From the NCBI GenBank assembly GCA_963727485.1, contig CAVSGM010000003.1, positions 640,001-704,000 on the forward strand: a stretch of DNA of 64,000 nucleotides, read 5' to 3'. The position numbers were made by a program, and so were the translations under genes. The notes below the pieces were generated by a model. It was given only the letters and a program-made list of their open reading frames with translations, had not been told where the DNA came from and did not search any database. This document shows positions 9,722 through 20,336 of the stretch, piece after piece (position 1 is the stretch's first letter; every line of letters begins with the position of its first letter). The DNA comes from an uncultured delta proteobacterium (GTDB lineage: Bacteria > Myxococcota > Myxococcia > SLRQ01).

Positions 9722-10108
9722 TCAGGCCGCGGGGGGGCCGTGCTTGGGCGCCCGGTCGAGGATCGCCCGGCCCGCCGCCGGGGCGGCGGGGGCGCGGGCG
9801 AGGGCCGGGCGGGGGGGCGGCGCGGTGGCGACGACCGCGCCCACCGGGCGGGTCACCGGCCGCATCGCCGCGAGGACCGGGCAGCGGCTGCCGGCGTCGG
9901 CCGGATCGTCGTGACCCCGGGAGACCCCGTGGCGGGTGGGCCCGGTGGCCTGGGCCGACCGGCCGTCGAGGTCCTCGATGTGGTGGTGGACCGGACACCA
10001 GCGGTGCTCGGTGGTGGCGAAGTGGAGATCGCCAGCCAGGGGCACCAGCCCCAGCATCACGGCCACCAGGGCCGCGGCGGGGCGCAGGGTCTTGAGGGAA
10101 CGGGTCAC
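9722..10108 (-). CDS. Small His/Cys-rich protein, DUF2946/CruR-like candidate leader peptide
   Basis: GTG start at 10108 assumed, giving about 128 aa. One hydrophobic segment, then H-x5-HRWCPVHHH, a later HDD...C, a Pro/Ala linker and C-terminal RAPKHGPPAA. Co-oriented directly upstream of the metal efflux operon. Confidence 0.65.
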   Translation of the reverse strand: MTRSLKTLRPAAALVAVMLGLVPLAGDLHFATTEHRWCPVHHHIEDLDGRSAQATGPTRHGVSRGHDDPADAGSRCPVLAAMRPVTRPVGAVVATAPPPRPALARAPAAPAAGRAILDRAPKHGPPAA

Positions 10109-10280
10109 GGGGGTCCGACTCCGAGCCTCATCCCCTAGGCCGCCGACGGCCCTCGTGTCAAGGGACGACCCGGCGGTCCGCTTCTTGTCCCCAGGCCCGG
10201 GATGGCCTACAAAGTGACCGGTCCGCCCGGGGCCGGACGGTCCCTCCGGGGAGCGCCGGTGACGGGCCGCCACCCCGAGG

Positions 10281-12938
10281 ATGTCCATGGAAGATCCCAA
10301 GGATCCCGGGTCCGGGACCGGGCCCGAGACACCGGACGCGACGCCCCCCGCCGCGCCCGCCGCCGCTTCGGACACCGAGGTCGAGCGCGTGGGCGAGGGC
10401 CTCGAGCTCGAGCACCCGAGGCCCCGTCGCCGGTGGAGCTTCAAGCGCCGCCTGCTCATCTTCGGCGGCGGCGGGCTCCTGGCCCTGGGGCTCCTGGGCT
10501 TCCTCGGGGCCTGGAGCGTCGTCTGGTACTACTCCGACGACCCGAGCCTCCCGGCGTTCCACGGCCTGAAGGACTACCGGCCGCCGCTGGTCACCGACGT
10601 CTACTCGGGCTCCAACCAGCTCATCGGCGAGTTCTACAACGAGCGCCGGCGCCTGGTGCCCTATGACCGGATCCCCAAGAAGCTGGTCCAGGCGTTCATC
10701 GCCACCGAGGACACCCGCTTCTTCGACCACCCGGGCATCGATCCCATCGGCATCGGCAAGGCGATCCTCGACAAGCTCCTCCACGGCGGCAAGCTCCGCG
10801 GCGCCTCCACCCTCACCCAGCAGACGGCCAAGGCCATCCTGATGTCGCGCTGGGGCTTCGAGAAGGCCACCGCCCGCAGCCTCCACCGGAAGATCATCGA
10901 GATGATCCTCGCCTTCCGGCTGGAGAAGATCTTCTCCAAGGAGCAGATCCTCGACATCTACCTGAACCACGTCTACCTGGGCCACCACGCCTACGGGGTC
11001 CAGAGCGCCGCCGAGAACTACTTCCGCAAGAACGTCTGGGACCTCTCGCTGGGGGAGATGGCGCTGCTCGCCGGCCTGCCCCAGGCGCCCAGCGCCTACT
11101 CGCCCTACTCGAACCCCGAGGCGGCGAAGAAGCGCCGGGCCCACGTCCTGGAGCGGATGTACCACGAGGGCATGATCACCGAGGGCGAGCGCGACGCCGC
11201 CAACGCCGAGCCGGTGCACGCCTACCAGGTGGCCGACGTCTTCCACGACACCGCGCCCTTCTTCACCGAGCACGTGCGCCGGACCCTGGTCGACCGCTAC
11301 GGCGACAGCCGGGTCCTCAACGACGGGCTGCAGGTCTACACCACCGTCGACCTGGAGAAGCAGCGCTACGCCCAGGAGACCATGATCCAGGGCCTGCGCG
11401 AGGACGACAAGCGCCAGGGCTACTCCGGGCCCCTCTACCGCGTGCCCCACGCCCAGTGGAAGAAGTTCGCCCACACCTACGAGACCAAGGTCCTCCACGG
11501 CCGTCCCCTCGAGGTCGGCAGGTTCTACGTGGCCCTGGTCACCCGGGTCACGGCCAACGAGGCCAGGGTCGAGGTGGGGCGCACCCGGGGCGTGCTGCCG
11601 CTGGTGGGGATGCGCTGGGCCCACGCGCCCAACCCCGAGCTCTACTACCCCACCTCGCTCATCGACGACTGCCGCAAGGCGCTCAAGCGCGGGGACGCCA
11701 TCCTGGTCCGCCGGGTCACCAAGGACAGCTACCCCACCGACGATCCCCAGTACCTCAAGGGCGTCCCCGGTGACGGCACCCCGCTCTTCTCCCTGGAGCA
11801 GGAGCCCGAGCTCCAGGGCGCCATGGTCTCCCTCGACCCCAACTCCGGGTACGTGGTCGCGATGATGGGCGGCCTCGACTTCGACCTCTCCGAGTACAAC
11901 CGCGCCTTCCAGTCCTGCCGTCAGCCGGGCAGCGCCTTCAAGCCGCTGTACTACTCGGCGGCCATCGCCAACCTCAACTGGACCCCGTCGACCATCATCG
12001 TCGACTCGCCCATCGTCTTCGACGACCCGTCCACCCAGCTGCGGTGGAAGCCCGACAACTACGAGAACAGCTTCAAGGGCGACGTCACCATGCGCACGGC
12101 GCTGGTGCACTCCATGAACGTCCCCTCGGTGAAGGTGCTGCAGGCGGTGGGCATCAACAAGGCGGTGGCCTGGGCCCACCAGCTCGGGATCACCACCGAC
12201 ATCAAGAAGAACCTCTCCATCGCCCTGGGGAGCTCGTGTGTCACCCTCTACGACCTGACCAAGGTCTACGCCCTCTTCGATCGCTACGGGAAGCGGGTGA
12301 AGCCCACCTTCATCCGCCGGGTGGTCGACCGCGACGGCAACGCCCTCGAGGACCGCACCGTCTACTTCGATCCCTGGGCGGGGCTCAAGGAGCGCATCGG
12401 CGCCGGCTACGCGCGCCTCTTCGAGCGCCCGCGCCAGGTCATCCCCGAGACCGCGGCGTTCCTCACCACCCAGCTGCTGCGCCAGGTGGTCCTCCACGGC
12501 ACCGGCGCCCGGGCCCAGCGCCTGGGCAAGCCCGCGGCGGGGAAGACCGGGACCACCAACGACTCCTTCGACGCCTGGTTCATGGGCTTCACCCGCGACC
12601 TCGTCACCGGGGTGTGGATCGGCTACGACACCTACGAGCACCCCATGGGGCGCTACGAGACCGGGAGCCGCGCCGCCCTGCCCATCTGGCTCGACTACAT
12701 GCAGAAGGCGCTCGCCGACCGGGACCAGGCCGACTTCGATCCGCCGGCGGACATCGCCGACAAGATCGTCACCGTCGACGTCGACGCCGAGACCGGGAAG
12801 CTCTTCAACCCCAAGCTCAAGCGCGACCACGTGAAGATGGACTTCCTCAAGGGCACCGAGCCCACCGAGATGGAAGGCGAGACCAAGGTCTCCGGCACCG
12901 GGTCCAGCGACTTCTTCATGCACGACTCCGGGCTCTGA
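10281..12938 (+). CDS. mrcA: Penicillin-binding protein 1A (bifunctional transglycosylase/transpeptidase)
   Basis: EDTRFFDHPG, GASTLTQQ, RKIIE, YLNHVYLG; transpeptidase SAFK, SMN and KTG motifs. Confidence 0.95.
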   Translation: MSMEDPKDPGSGTGPETPDATPPAAPAAASDTEVERVGEGLELEHPRPRRRWSFKRRLLIFGGGGLLALGLLGFLGAWSVVWYYSDDPSLPAFHGLKDYRPPLVTDVYSGSNQLIGEFYNERRRLVPYDRIPKKLVQAFIATEDTRFFDHPGIDPIGIGKAILDKLLHGGKLRGASTLTQQTAKAILMSRWGFEKATARSLHRKIIEMILAFRLEKIFSKEQILDIYLNHVYLGHHAYGVQSAAENYFRKNVWDLSLGEMALLAGLPQAPSAYSPYSNPEAAKKRRAHVLERMYHEGMITEGERDAANAEPVHAYQVADVFHDTAPFFTEHVRRTLVDRYGDSRVLNDGLQVYTTVDLEKQRYAQETMIQGLREDDKRQGYSGPLYRVPHAQWKKFAHTYETKVLHGRPLEVGRFYVALVTRVTANEARVEVGRTRGVLPLVGMRWAHAPNPELYYPTSLIDDCRKALKRGDAILVRRVTKDSYPTDDPQYLKGVPGDGTPLFSLEQEPELQGAMVSLDPNSGYVVAMMGGLDFDLSEYNRAFQSCRQPGSAFKPLYYSAAIANLNWTPSTIIVDSPIVFDDPSTQLRWKPDNYENSFKGDVTMRTALVHSMNVPSVKVLQAVGINKAVAWAHQLGITTDIKKNLSIALGSSCVTLYDLTKVYALFDRYGKRVKPTFIRRVVDRDGNALEDRTVYFDPWAGLKERIGAGYARLFERPRQVIPETAAFLTTQLLRQVVLHGTGARAQRLGKPAAGKTGTTNDSFDAWFMGFTRDLVTGVWIGYDTYEHPMGRYETGSRAALPIWLDYMQKALADRDQADFDPPADIADKIVTVDVDAETGKLFNPKLKRDHVKMDFLKGTEPTEMEGETKVSGTGSSDFFMHDSGL

Positions 12939-12990
12939 GGCGGGGGTCAGAGGCCGGGAGGTCCGGCGGGCCCTGGCGCCCCGAGGGCGC

Positions 12991-14019
12991 TCACAGGCCC
13001 CAGTAGGGAGACAGGGCCAGGCGCACCCGGCTCGCCGTGCGCCGGGCGGCCTCCGAGGGCTCGCCGAGGTCGCCTGGATCCTCGGCCCCGCCGGTCATCA
13101 CCGTGAGCCCCGCCCGCACCCCGGCGACGAGCCCCGAGAGGTCGTAGCCCCCCTCGAGGGCGTAGACGATCCGCCCCCGGCAGTGCCGCCGCGCCCAGGC
13201 CTGGTAGAGGCCGAAGAGGGCGCGGTAGCCGGCGGCGGTCATCCGCATGCCCCCCAGGGGATCGAGGTGCCAGGTGTCGAAGCCCGCGGAGACCAGGATC
13301 AGGTCCGGGCGGTAGACGTCGACCAGGGGCTCGACCACCGCCTGGTAGAGGTGGAGGAAGTCCGCGTCGCCCATCCCCGGGGGGAGCGGGAGGTTGACGG
13401 TGTAGCCCTCGCCCTCGCCGGCGCCCACCTCGTCGACCCAGCCGGTGCCCGGGTAGAAGGGGTGGCGGTGGGTCGACACGTAGAGGACGTCCCGCCGGCG
13501 CCAGAAGGCGCGCTGGGTCCCGTTGCCGTGGTGGACGTCCGGGTCGAGGACCAGGACCCGCTCGCGTCCCCGCTCGGCGATGGCGTGGGCGGCGGCGACG
13601 GCGACGTTGTTGAAGAGGCAGAAGCCCATGGCGGCGTCGGCCTCGGCGTGGTGCCCCGGGGGGCGCACCAGGGCGAAGGCCCCGGCGGCCGTCCCGTCCA
13701 TCACCGCGTCGACCCCCTGGCACACCGCCCCGGCGGCGAGACGGGCGGCCCGGTAGGAGCCGGCGCTGGCGCAGGTGTCCGGGTCGAGCCAGGTCTCGGG
13801 GACCCCCTCGGTGGCGGCGATCCGGGCGACGTAGCCGGCGTCGTGGATCCGGAGCAGGGCGGCGTCGCTGATCGCCCGGGGGGCGGCGGTGACGGTGCCC
13901 GGGACGGGGTGGGCGTCGAGGTCGGCGTGGACCGCCCGGAGGCGCTCGGGACGCTCCGGGTGCCCCGGTCCCGGCCGATGGTCGAGGAAGGCGTCGTCGC
14001 GGAGGACCAGGACGTCCAC
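12991..14019 (-). CDS. Histone deacetylase-family amidohydrolase
   Basis: HPERPERL, RPPGHHA, GFCLFNN, DVHHGNGTQ, SAGFD, LEGGY. Confidence 0.95.
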   Translation of the reverse strand: MDVLVLRDDAFLDHRPGPGHPERPERLRAVHADLDAHPVPGTVTAAPRAISDAALLRIHDAGYVARIAATEGVPETWLDPDTCASAGSYRAARLAAGAVCQGVDAVMDGTAAGAFALVRPPGHHAEADAAMGFCLFNNVAVAAAHAIAERGRERVLVLDPDVHHGNGTQRAFWRRRDVLYVSTHRHPFYPGTGWVDEVGAGEGEGYTVNLPLPPGMGDADFLHLYQAVVEPLVDVYRPDLILVSAGFDTWHLDPLGGMRMTAAGYRALFGLYQAWARRHCRGRIVYALEGGYDLSGLVAGVRAGLTVMTGGAEDPGDLGEPSEAARRTASRVRLALSPYWGL

Positions 14020-14103
14020 CTCGTCAGCCTATGCGCCGGTCCCGGGTGCGGGCAAATCCTGCGGGGAGAATCGCAAAAAGCCTTGTGTTGTCGCACGCTT
14101 TTG

Positions 14104-14133
14104 TTGACCGGTGCGCGCGCCGTCGCCTATCAT
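14104..14133 (+). promoter_or_regulatory. Putative sigma70 promoter for the MCP gene
   Basis: TTGACC-N18-TATCAT in an AT-richer intergenic patch. Confidence 0.45.
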
Positions 14134-14239
14134 CGCCAGGATCCGGAGGCCCGCCCGTACAGGGGGCGGCCCGTCGAGACGCCCACCTCCCAGAGTGCCC
14201 ACCCGGGCCCGGGTCCCGCCCCCGCGGACCGGGTCGAGG

Positions 14240-16339
14240 ATGCGATCGATGATGAAGCTGCTCCAGCGTTTGGGTCTCAAGTACAACCTGATGTTCGGGC
14301 ACGCCGTCCTCCTCCTGGTGGCGGCGGCGTACCCGGCCTGGTACCTGGGCAGCCAGGTCGACGACATCCTCCAGGCGAGCCTCGCGCGCCGGGGGCAGTC
14401 CATCGTGGCGGAGATGTCGGCACGGGCGGCGGTTCCCCTCCTGCAGCAGAGCCCCGAGGAGGCGAGCCGGGTGGTGGACGACGCCTTCCTCGACGATGAC
14501 GCGGCGTTCGCCGCCGTGGTTGCCGCCGACGGTCGCGTCCTCGCCCAGCGGTCGGGCCGGGGCTTCTCCGAGGATCCCAAGGCGGTGATCGACGCGGCGA
14601 AGACCGCGGTCGGGGCCGCGCCGGTCAACCAGGGTGACTACCTGCGCCTGGCCCGGGCGGTGAGCGGGAGCGCGCTGAAGGCCGCCACCGGCCGGGGCAG
14701 CGGCCACACCGAGGGCTACGTGGTGTTGGTGGTCTCCAAGGCGGGGGTGAAGTCCTCGGTCCACGCGGTGGCCTTCTCCCTGGTGGCGTCGCTGCTCGCC
14801 ATCGCCCTGCTCTTCTTCGTGGCGTCGTACTTCATGACCCGGTCCCTGGTGCTGCGGCCCCTGGCCACCATGAAGGCCGCCGCCTACCGCCTCGCCGACC
14901 TCGACCTCACCGGCCGCGCCGAGAAGTACACCGACGACGAGCTGGGGGAGATGTCCGACGCCCTCAACCGCATCGGCGGCAACCTCCACGGGGTGGTGGG
15001 CCGGGTCCAGGGGGTCACCGGCTCCCTGGCCTCGGTCTCCGAGCGCGTGGCCCGCACCAGCGAGACGGTGGCCCAGGGCGCCACCGCCACCGCCACCGGC
15101 GTGGAGCAGACCAGCTCCTCGATGCAGGAGATGCTGGCGAGCCTCAAGGGCATCGCCGAGAACGTCGAGGTCCTGGCCCAGAGCGCCGAGGAGTCGAGCT
15201 CGAGCATCCTGGAGATGGCGGCCACCAACGACGAGGTGGCCCAGAACATCGCCTCCCTGGCGGCGAGCGTCGAGGAGACCACCACCGCCATCGAGCAGAT
15301 GACCTACTCCATCAAGGAGGTCGCCCAGAACGTCGAGGACCTCTCCTCCACCGCCGAGGAGACCAGCTCCTCGATGAACGAGATGGACGTCTCCATCGGG
15401 CAGGTCGAGTCCAACGCCAACGAGACCGCCAAGCTCGCCGAGCAGGTCTCCGCCGACGCCCAGACGGCGACCGGGGCCCTGTCCAAGACCATCGACGGCA
15501 TCGACAAGATCCGCGAGTCGTCCCAGACGGCGGCCGACGTCATCGAGACCCTGGGCCAGAAGATCGCCACCATCGGCAACATCCTCAACGTCATCGACGA
15601 CGTCGCCGAGCAGACCAACCTCCTGGCGCTGAACGCCGCCATCATCGCCGCCCAGGCCGGTGAGCACGGCAAGGGCTTCGCGGTGGTCGCCGACGAGATC
15701 AAGGACCTCGCCGAGCGCACCGGCGCCTCCACCAAGGAGATCGCCGACCTCATCCGCTCGGTGCAGGACGAGTCCCGGAACGCCATCAGCGCCATGGAGC
15801 GCGGGGTCAAGAGCGTCGACGAGGGCGTCCGCCTCTCGGGCGAGGCCGAGAAGGCCCTGCAGCAGATCACCGCCTCGGCGGGCAAGGCCACCCAGATGGT
15901 CAAGGCCATCGCCCGGGCCACGGTGGAGCAGGCCCGGGGCTCCAAGCAGGTCACCGGGGCCATCAACCGCATCGCCGAGACCGTCCAGGAGATCGCCCGG
16001 GCCACCAGCGAGCAGGCCCGGGGCTCCGAGCAGATCATGAAGTCCGCCGAGCGGATGAAGATCATCACCAAGCACGTGGAGCGCTCGAGCCAGGAGCAGA
16101 GCCGGGGCTCCAAGCAGATCACCCAGGCCATCGAGTCGATCTCCGAGATGGTCCAGCAGCTCAACCGCGCCCAGAAGGAGCAGACCAAGGGCGCCGAGCA
16201 GGTGATGCTGGCGGTGGAGAACATCAAGGAGGCCACCGACGTCCAGGGCGCCAGCGTCAAGGACCTGGAGAACGCGGTGGACACCCTCGCCGAGCAGGCC
16301 GACGTCCTCCGGGGCGAGGTCCGGCGGTTCCAGACCTGA
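14240..16339 (+). CDS. Methyl-accepting chemotaxis protein
   Basis: Two TM helices, HAMP ([11 protein letters not shown]) and hairpin tip [43 protein letters not shown]. Start is one of ATG 14240, 14249 or 14252. Confidence 0.95.
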   Translation: MRSMMKLLQRLGLKYNLMFGHAVLLLVAAAYPAWYLGSQVDDILQASLARRGQSIVAEMSARAAVPLLQQSPEEASRVVDDAFLDDDAAFAAVVAADGRVLAQRSGRGFSEDPKAVIDAAKTAVGAAPVNQGDYLRLARAVSGSALKAATGRGSGHTEGYVVLVVSKAGVKSSVHAVAFSLVASLLAIALLFFVASYFMTRSLVLRPLATMKAAAYRLADLDLTGRAEKYTDDELGEMSDALNRIGGNLHGVVGRVQGVTGSLASVSERVARTSETVAQGATATATGVEQTSSSMQEMLASLKGIAENVEVLAQSAEESSSSILEMAATNDEVAQNIASLAASVEETTTAIEQMTYSIKEVAQNVEDLSSTAEETSSSMNEMDVSIGQVESNANETAKLAEQVSADAQTATGALSKTIDGIDKIRESSQTAADVIETLGQKIATIGNILNVIDDVAEQTNLLALNAAIIAAQAGEHGKGFAVVADEIKDLAERTGASTKEIADLIRSVQDESRNAISAMERGVKSVDEGVRLSGEAEKALQQITASAGKATQMVKAIARATVEQARGSKQVTGAINRIAETVQEIARATSEQARGSEQIMKSAERMKIITKHVERSSQEQSRGSKQITQAIESISEMVQQLNRAQKEQTKGAEQVMLAVENIKEATDVQGASVKDLENAVDTLAEQADVLRGEVRRFQT

Positions 16340-16356
16340 GCGGGCGGGGCGGCGGG

Positions 16357-17052
16357 CTATCCGGGGTCGTCCGGGTCGGTCACGGCCCACGATCCCTGGC
16401 GGGTGGGTTGCGCCAGCGCCGCCTCCAGGGCCCGGGTGAACTCGGGCCGGGGCCAGAGCACGGCCCCGAGCGACAGGAGGTGGGGCGTGGGCACCTGGCA
16501 GTCGACGAAGGCGAAGTCCCAGCCTCGGAGGCGCTCGACCAGGGTGGCCAGCGCCACCTTGGAGGCGTTGTCGGCCTCATGGAACATCGACTCCCCGAAG
16601 AACGCCCCGCCCAGGGAGACGCCATAGAGCCCCCCGACCAGGCGCCCCTCCTGGCGCGCCTCCACCGAGTGGGCGAGGCCCCGGCGGTGGAGCGCGACGT
16701 AGGCCCGGCGCATCTCCGAGGTGATCCAGGTGCCGTCCTGCCCGGGCCGGGGCACCGAGGCGCAGGCGTCGATCACCGCCTCGAACTCCGTGTCGTAGGT
16801 GACCTCGAAGCGTCGGCGCGCCTTGCGCAGGCTCCGGGACACCACCAGGGCGTCCAGGGGGAGGACGCAGCGGGGGTCGGGGGCGTGCCACAGGATGGGC
16901 AACCCCTCATTATACCAAGGGAAGATGCCCATGGCGTAGGCGGCGACCAGGCGCTCGGGCGTGAGGTCGCCCCCGACCGCCAACAGCCCGGTGTCGTCGG
17001 CGAGCTCGGGGTCGGGGAAGGCGATTTCCTCATTCAGGCGGAAGACCGGCAC
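16357..17052 (-). CDS. aat: Leucyl/phenylalanyl-tRNA--protein transferase
   Basis: [60 protein letters not shown] start at 17052. Confidence 0.95.
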   Translation of the reverse strand: MPVFRLNEEIAFPDPELADDTGLLAVGGDLTPERLVAAYAMGIFPWYNEGLPILWHAPDPRCVLPLDALVVSRSLRKARRRFEVTYDTEFEAVIDACASVPRPGQDGTWITSEMRRAYVALHRRGLAHSVEARQEGRLVGGLYGVSLGGAFFGESMFHEADNASKVALATLVERLRGWDFAFVDCQVPTPHLLSLGAVLWPRPEFTRALEAALAQPTRQGSWAVTDPDDPG

Positions 17053-17154
17053 CGCTTCGAGGGTAATCCCAATCGAGGCGGCGGACGAGGCCAGTGGCGC
17101 TGGCGTCCCGCGCCCGGCCGGAGTATCTAACAGCTTGCAAGCGCGGAGCCGACC

Positions 17155-17661
17155 ATGTTCAACCTGGGATTCAGCGAGGTGGTGGTCATCCTCGTCCTCG
17201 CGCTGATTCTCCTTGGGCCCAGCAAGCTCCCCGACCTGGCCCGGAGCATCGGCAAGGGGATGCGGGAGATCAAGAAGGCCACCGACGACCTCAAGGGCGT
17301 CTGGGACGAGGAGGTCTCGGACACCCTCCGGGACGAGGTCCCGCGTCTCAAGCCGCCGGACATCCGGGCCGCGGCGCGCCAGGCCCTCGATCAGGCCTGG
17401 CCCGACGACCTCCCCGGGCGCCCCGGGCCCGGGAACCAGGCTGCGTCCGAGGACCACGGTCCCGAGGTCGCCGATCCCGGCGGCCCGCACCTGCCGGGGC
17501 CCGCCGCAGCCCCGCGGCTGACCGCCGACGCCGCCACGTCCCAGGCCGCCGACGCCCCCGCCGCAGCACCCGCCGGCGCAGCCGCCGCAGCACCCGCCGG
17601 CGGCGTCGACCCCGCGCCTGATGCCTCGGAGCCCCCAGGTGGCGACAAGCACTCAGCCTAG
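17155..17661 (+). CDS. tatB: Twin-arginine translocase subunit TatB (TatA/B family)
   Basis: [34 protein letters not shown] with a long acidic tail; precedes tatC. Confidence 0.88.
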   Translation: MFNLGFSEVVVILVLALILLGPSKLPDLARSIGKGMREIKKATDDLKGVWDEEVSDTLRDEVPRLKPPDIRAAARQALDQAWPDDLPGRPGPGNQAASEDHGPEVADPGGPHLPGPAAAPRLTADAATSQAADAPAAAPAGAAAAAPAGGVDPAPDASEPPGGDKHSA

Positions 17662-18478
17662 ACCGCCGGCCGCCGAGCCCGAGGCGCCGGGCCTCCAACT
17701 CACCTTCCTCGAGCACCTCGAGGAGCTGCGCACCCGGATCATCCACGCGGTGATCGCCTTCGGCGTGGCGCTCATCGTCGGCTGGTTCCTCGCCCCGCAC
17801 CTCTTCCACTGGCTGATGCTGCCGGTGCTCGACGCCCTGCCCAAGGGCGACCAGTCGCTGGTCTACACCTCGGCCATGGAGACCTTCTTCGTCCTCCTGA
17901 AGGTCGATCTCTACGCCAGCATCTTCATCGCCGCGCCGGTCTTCCTCTTCGAGCTGTGGAAGTTCGTGGCCCCGGGCCTCTACGCCCGGGAGCGGCGGAT
18001 GGTGCTGCCCTTCGTCCTCTCGGGGACGGTGATGTTCATCGGCGGCGCCATCTTCGCCTACTACGTCATCCTCCCCAACGCCTTCGAGTTCCTGCTCCAG
18101 TTCAACAACTCCCTGAGCTGGACCACGCCGATGCTGACGCTCAAGGAGCAGCTCTCGCTGGTGCTCTTCCTCGAGCTCGCCTTCGGCGCCATCTTCGAGA
18201 TCCCGCTGCTCATCGCCTTCCTGGCGCTCATCGGGATCATCGACGCCAAGATGCTCTCCAAGTACCGGCGCCAGGCCATCGTCGGCGCCGCCGTCTTCGC
18301 CGCGGTCCTCACCCCCACCACCGACCCCTTCAACATGACCCTGATGTTCGTGCCCACCTACCTCTTCTACGAGGTGGGCATCTTCCTGGCGCGGATCATC
18401 GGGTCGCGTCGCGCCGAGCGCGCCGCCGCCATCGCCGCCGAGGAGGCGGGGTACGTGGACGCCGGCGACGACCGGTAG
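17621..18478 (+). CDS. tatC: Twin-arginine translocase subunit TatC
   Basis: [41 protein letters not shown]. Confidence 0.95.
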   Translation: MPRSPQVATSTQPRPPAAEPEAPGLQLTFLEHLEELRTRIIHAVIAFGVALIVGWFLAPHLFHWLMLPVLDALPKGDQSLVYTSAMETFFVLLKVDLYASIFIAAPVFLFELWKFVAPGLYARERRMVLPFVLSGTVMFIGGAIFAYYVILPNAFEFLLQFNNSLSWTTPMLTLKEQLSLVLFLELAFGAIFEIPLLIAFLALIGIIDAKMLSKYRRQAIVGAAVFAAVLTPTTDPFNMTLMFVPTYLFYEVGIFLARIIGSRRAERAAAIAAEEAGYVDAGDDR

Positions 18479-18624
18479 GCCAGGGCCACCGCCGGGGGCA
18501 GGCGTCGGGTCGGGTGGTAGGCTTCCGTCCGGGTGCCCCCCCCCGGGAGCCCCTGGCCCTGCTCTGGTCGCCCCACCGCCGGCGCTCCGACGACGAGGCC
18601 GGTGACGCCGAGGCCCTGGCGGCG

Positions 18625-19029
18625 ATGCTCCCGGGGCACGGGTTCCGGGTGCTCGCGGCGCTGACCGCGCCCCTGGCCGTCCTGGGGGTGCTCCTCGCCG
18701 GCGCGGTCGTCGCCGCTTTCGGCCGGGCCGGCCTCTTCGGCTGGTCCTTCGTGGCGGTGTGGATGGCGCCGCCGGTGGCGCTGCGGACCGGGGCCCTCCT
18801 CCTCGGCGCCTGGGCCGTGGCCCCGATCCTCCACGCCGACGCCCGGTGGCTGCGCCAGCACGCGGGCTACGTCGTGGGCCTGCTCTTCTCGGAGCTCCTG
18901 CTCCACGCGAGCGGCCGGGCGGGCATGGACATCGACCGCCCCAACGTCATGAACGTGCTCTTCCACTGGAGCGCGGTGTACCTCGGCGCCATCGTCGGCG
19001 GGGTCATGTGGTGGCGTCGTCGCCACTGA
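18625..19029 (+). CDS. Hypothetical membrane protein (about 4 TM)
   Basis: Hydrophobic ORF with genome-typical codon usage filling the gap between tatC and mvaA; start uncertain. Confidence 0.5.
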   Translation: MLPGHGFRVLAALTAPLAVLGVLLAGAVVAAFGRAGLFGWSFVAVWMAPPVALRTGALLLGAWAVAPILHADARWLRQHAGYVVGLLFSELLLHASGRAGMDIDRPNVMNVLFHWSAVYLGAIVGGVMWWRRRH

Positions 19030-20326
19030 GGCCGGCGAGGATCTCCCGCGCCCGCTCCACCCGGAAGCACTTCTCGCGCTGGAGCTCGGAAGCGACCTGG
19101 AGGACCTGGTCGCCCTCGGCGCCGGCCTCGATGGCCACGGTCCGGGCGTGGAGCGCCATGTGGCCCCGCTGGATCCCGTCGGTGGCCAGCGCCTTGAGGG
19201 CGGCGAGGTTGCTGGCGAGGCCCACCGCGGCGCCGAGGCCGGCGAGGTCCCGGCCGCCTGTGACCTGGCTCATCTTCAGGGCCAGGCGCACCCCGGGGTG
19301 GGCCCGGGCGGCGCCGCCGACGATGCCCACGGCCAGCGGCAGCTCGGCGACGCCCTCGAGGAAGCCGTCGGCGCCGGCGCGCCACACCGCCAGGGGCCCG
19401 TACTGCCCCGAGCGCGCGGCGTAGGCGTGGGCGGCGGCCTCGGCGGCGCGCCAGTCCTGACCGGTGGCCAGCAGCACCGCGTCGAGGCCGTTCATGAAGC
19501 CCTTGTTGTGGGTCACCGCCCGGTAGGGGTCGACCTCGGCGAAGTGGCTGGCGGCGACGATGCGGTCCACCACCACGCCGCCGTCGGGCCAGCGGCTGTC
19601 GCGCAGGGACTCGGGGGCCACCCGGCAGGTCACCCGCACCAGGCGCTTGTCGGCGTAGTTGGAGAGGATCCGCAGGCCCGCCTCGCCGCCGGTGATGGCC
19701 TCGAGGTGGGGGGCCAGGCCCTCGGCCACGGTGTTGAGGAGGTTGGCGCCCATGGCGTCGAGGCAGTCGACGAGGACGTGGACGCAGAGGGTCCCGGTCC
19801 GGGCGCCCTCGGCAGGGGGGAGCACCCGGGTCTCGATCCCGCGGGTCCCGCCCCCGCGGCGGACCATGTTGGGGATGAAGGCGTTGGCCTCCTCCACCAG
19901 GGTCTCGGCCTCGGCGGCGACCTTCCGGGCCGCGGCCTCGGGGTCGAGGAGGCCGACGATCTGCACCTGCGCGGCCATCACCGACTCGGTGGTCTCGACC
20001 TCGAAGCCCCCGGCGTCGCGCACCAGCCGGGCGGCATTCGACGCCGCGGCGACCACGCTGGGCTCCTCCACCGCCATCGGGGCCACCCGCTCGGTGCCGT
20101 CGATGAGGAGGTTGAGGCACAGGCCGAGCGGCAGGCCGTGGACCCCGATGACGTTCTCGCTCATCCCGTCGGCGATGGTGAGGTCGAAGCCCCCTGCGGC
20201 GCCGGGGCCGGAGAGGGTGGCGGCCTCCTCGGTGGTGAGCCAGCCCGCGCTCACCAGGCGCTCGAGGCGCTCGGCCAGCGGGAGCTTGTAGAACCCGGGA
20301 AGACGTGCGGTTCGCTGCTTGGTCAT
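19004..20326 (-). CDS. mvaA: Hydroxymethylglutaryl-CoA reductase, class II
   Basis: GFYKL, ENVIG, PMAVEEPSVVAA, DAMGAN, THNKG, GIQRGHMALHAR. Confidence 0.95.
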   Translation of the reverse strand: MTKQRTARLPGFYKLPLAERLERLVSAGWLTTEEAATLSGPGAAGGFDLTIADGMSENVIGVHGLPLGLCLNLLIDGTERVAPMAVEEPSVVAAASNAARLVRDAGGFEVETTESVMAAQVQIVGLLDPEAAARKVAAEAETLVEEANAFIPNMVRRGGGTRGIETRVLPPAEGARTGTLCVHVLVDCLDAMGANLLNTVAEGLAPHLEAITGGEAGLRILSNYADKRLVRVTCRVAPESLRDSRWPDGGVVVDRIVAASHFAEVDPYRAVTHNKGFMNGLDAVLLATGQDWRAAEAAAHAYAARSGQYGPLAVWRAGADGFLEGVAELPLAVGIVGGAARAHPGVRLALKMSQVTGGRDLAGLGAAVGLASNLAALKALATDGIQRGHMALHARTVAIEAGAEGDQVLQVASELQREKCFRVERAREILAGLSGDDATT

Positions 20327-20336
20327 GACGCTGCCT

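Noticed and set aside
14050..14110. GGGCAAA...CGCAAA upstream of the MCP, resembling a c-di-GMP-I riboswitch
   Set aside because: P2 is too short, there is no GNRA tetraloop or receptor, and it lies upstream of the predicted promoter.
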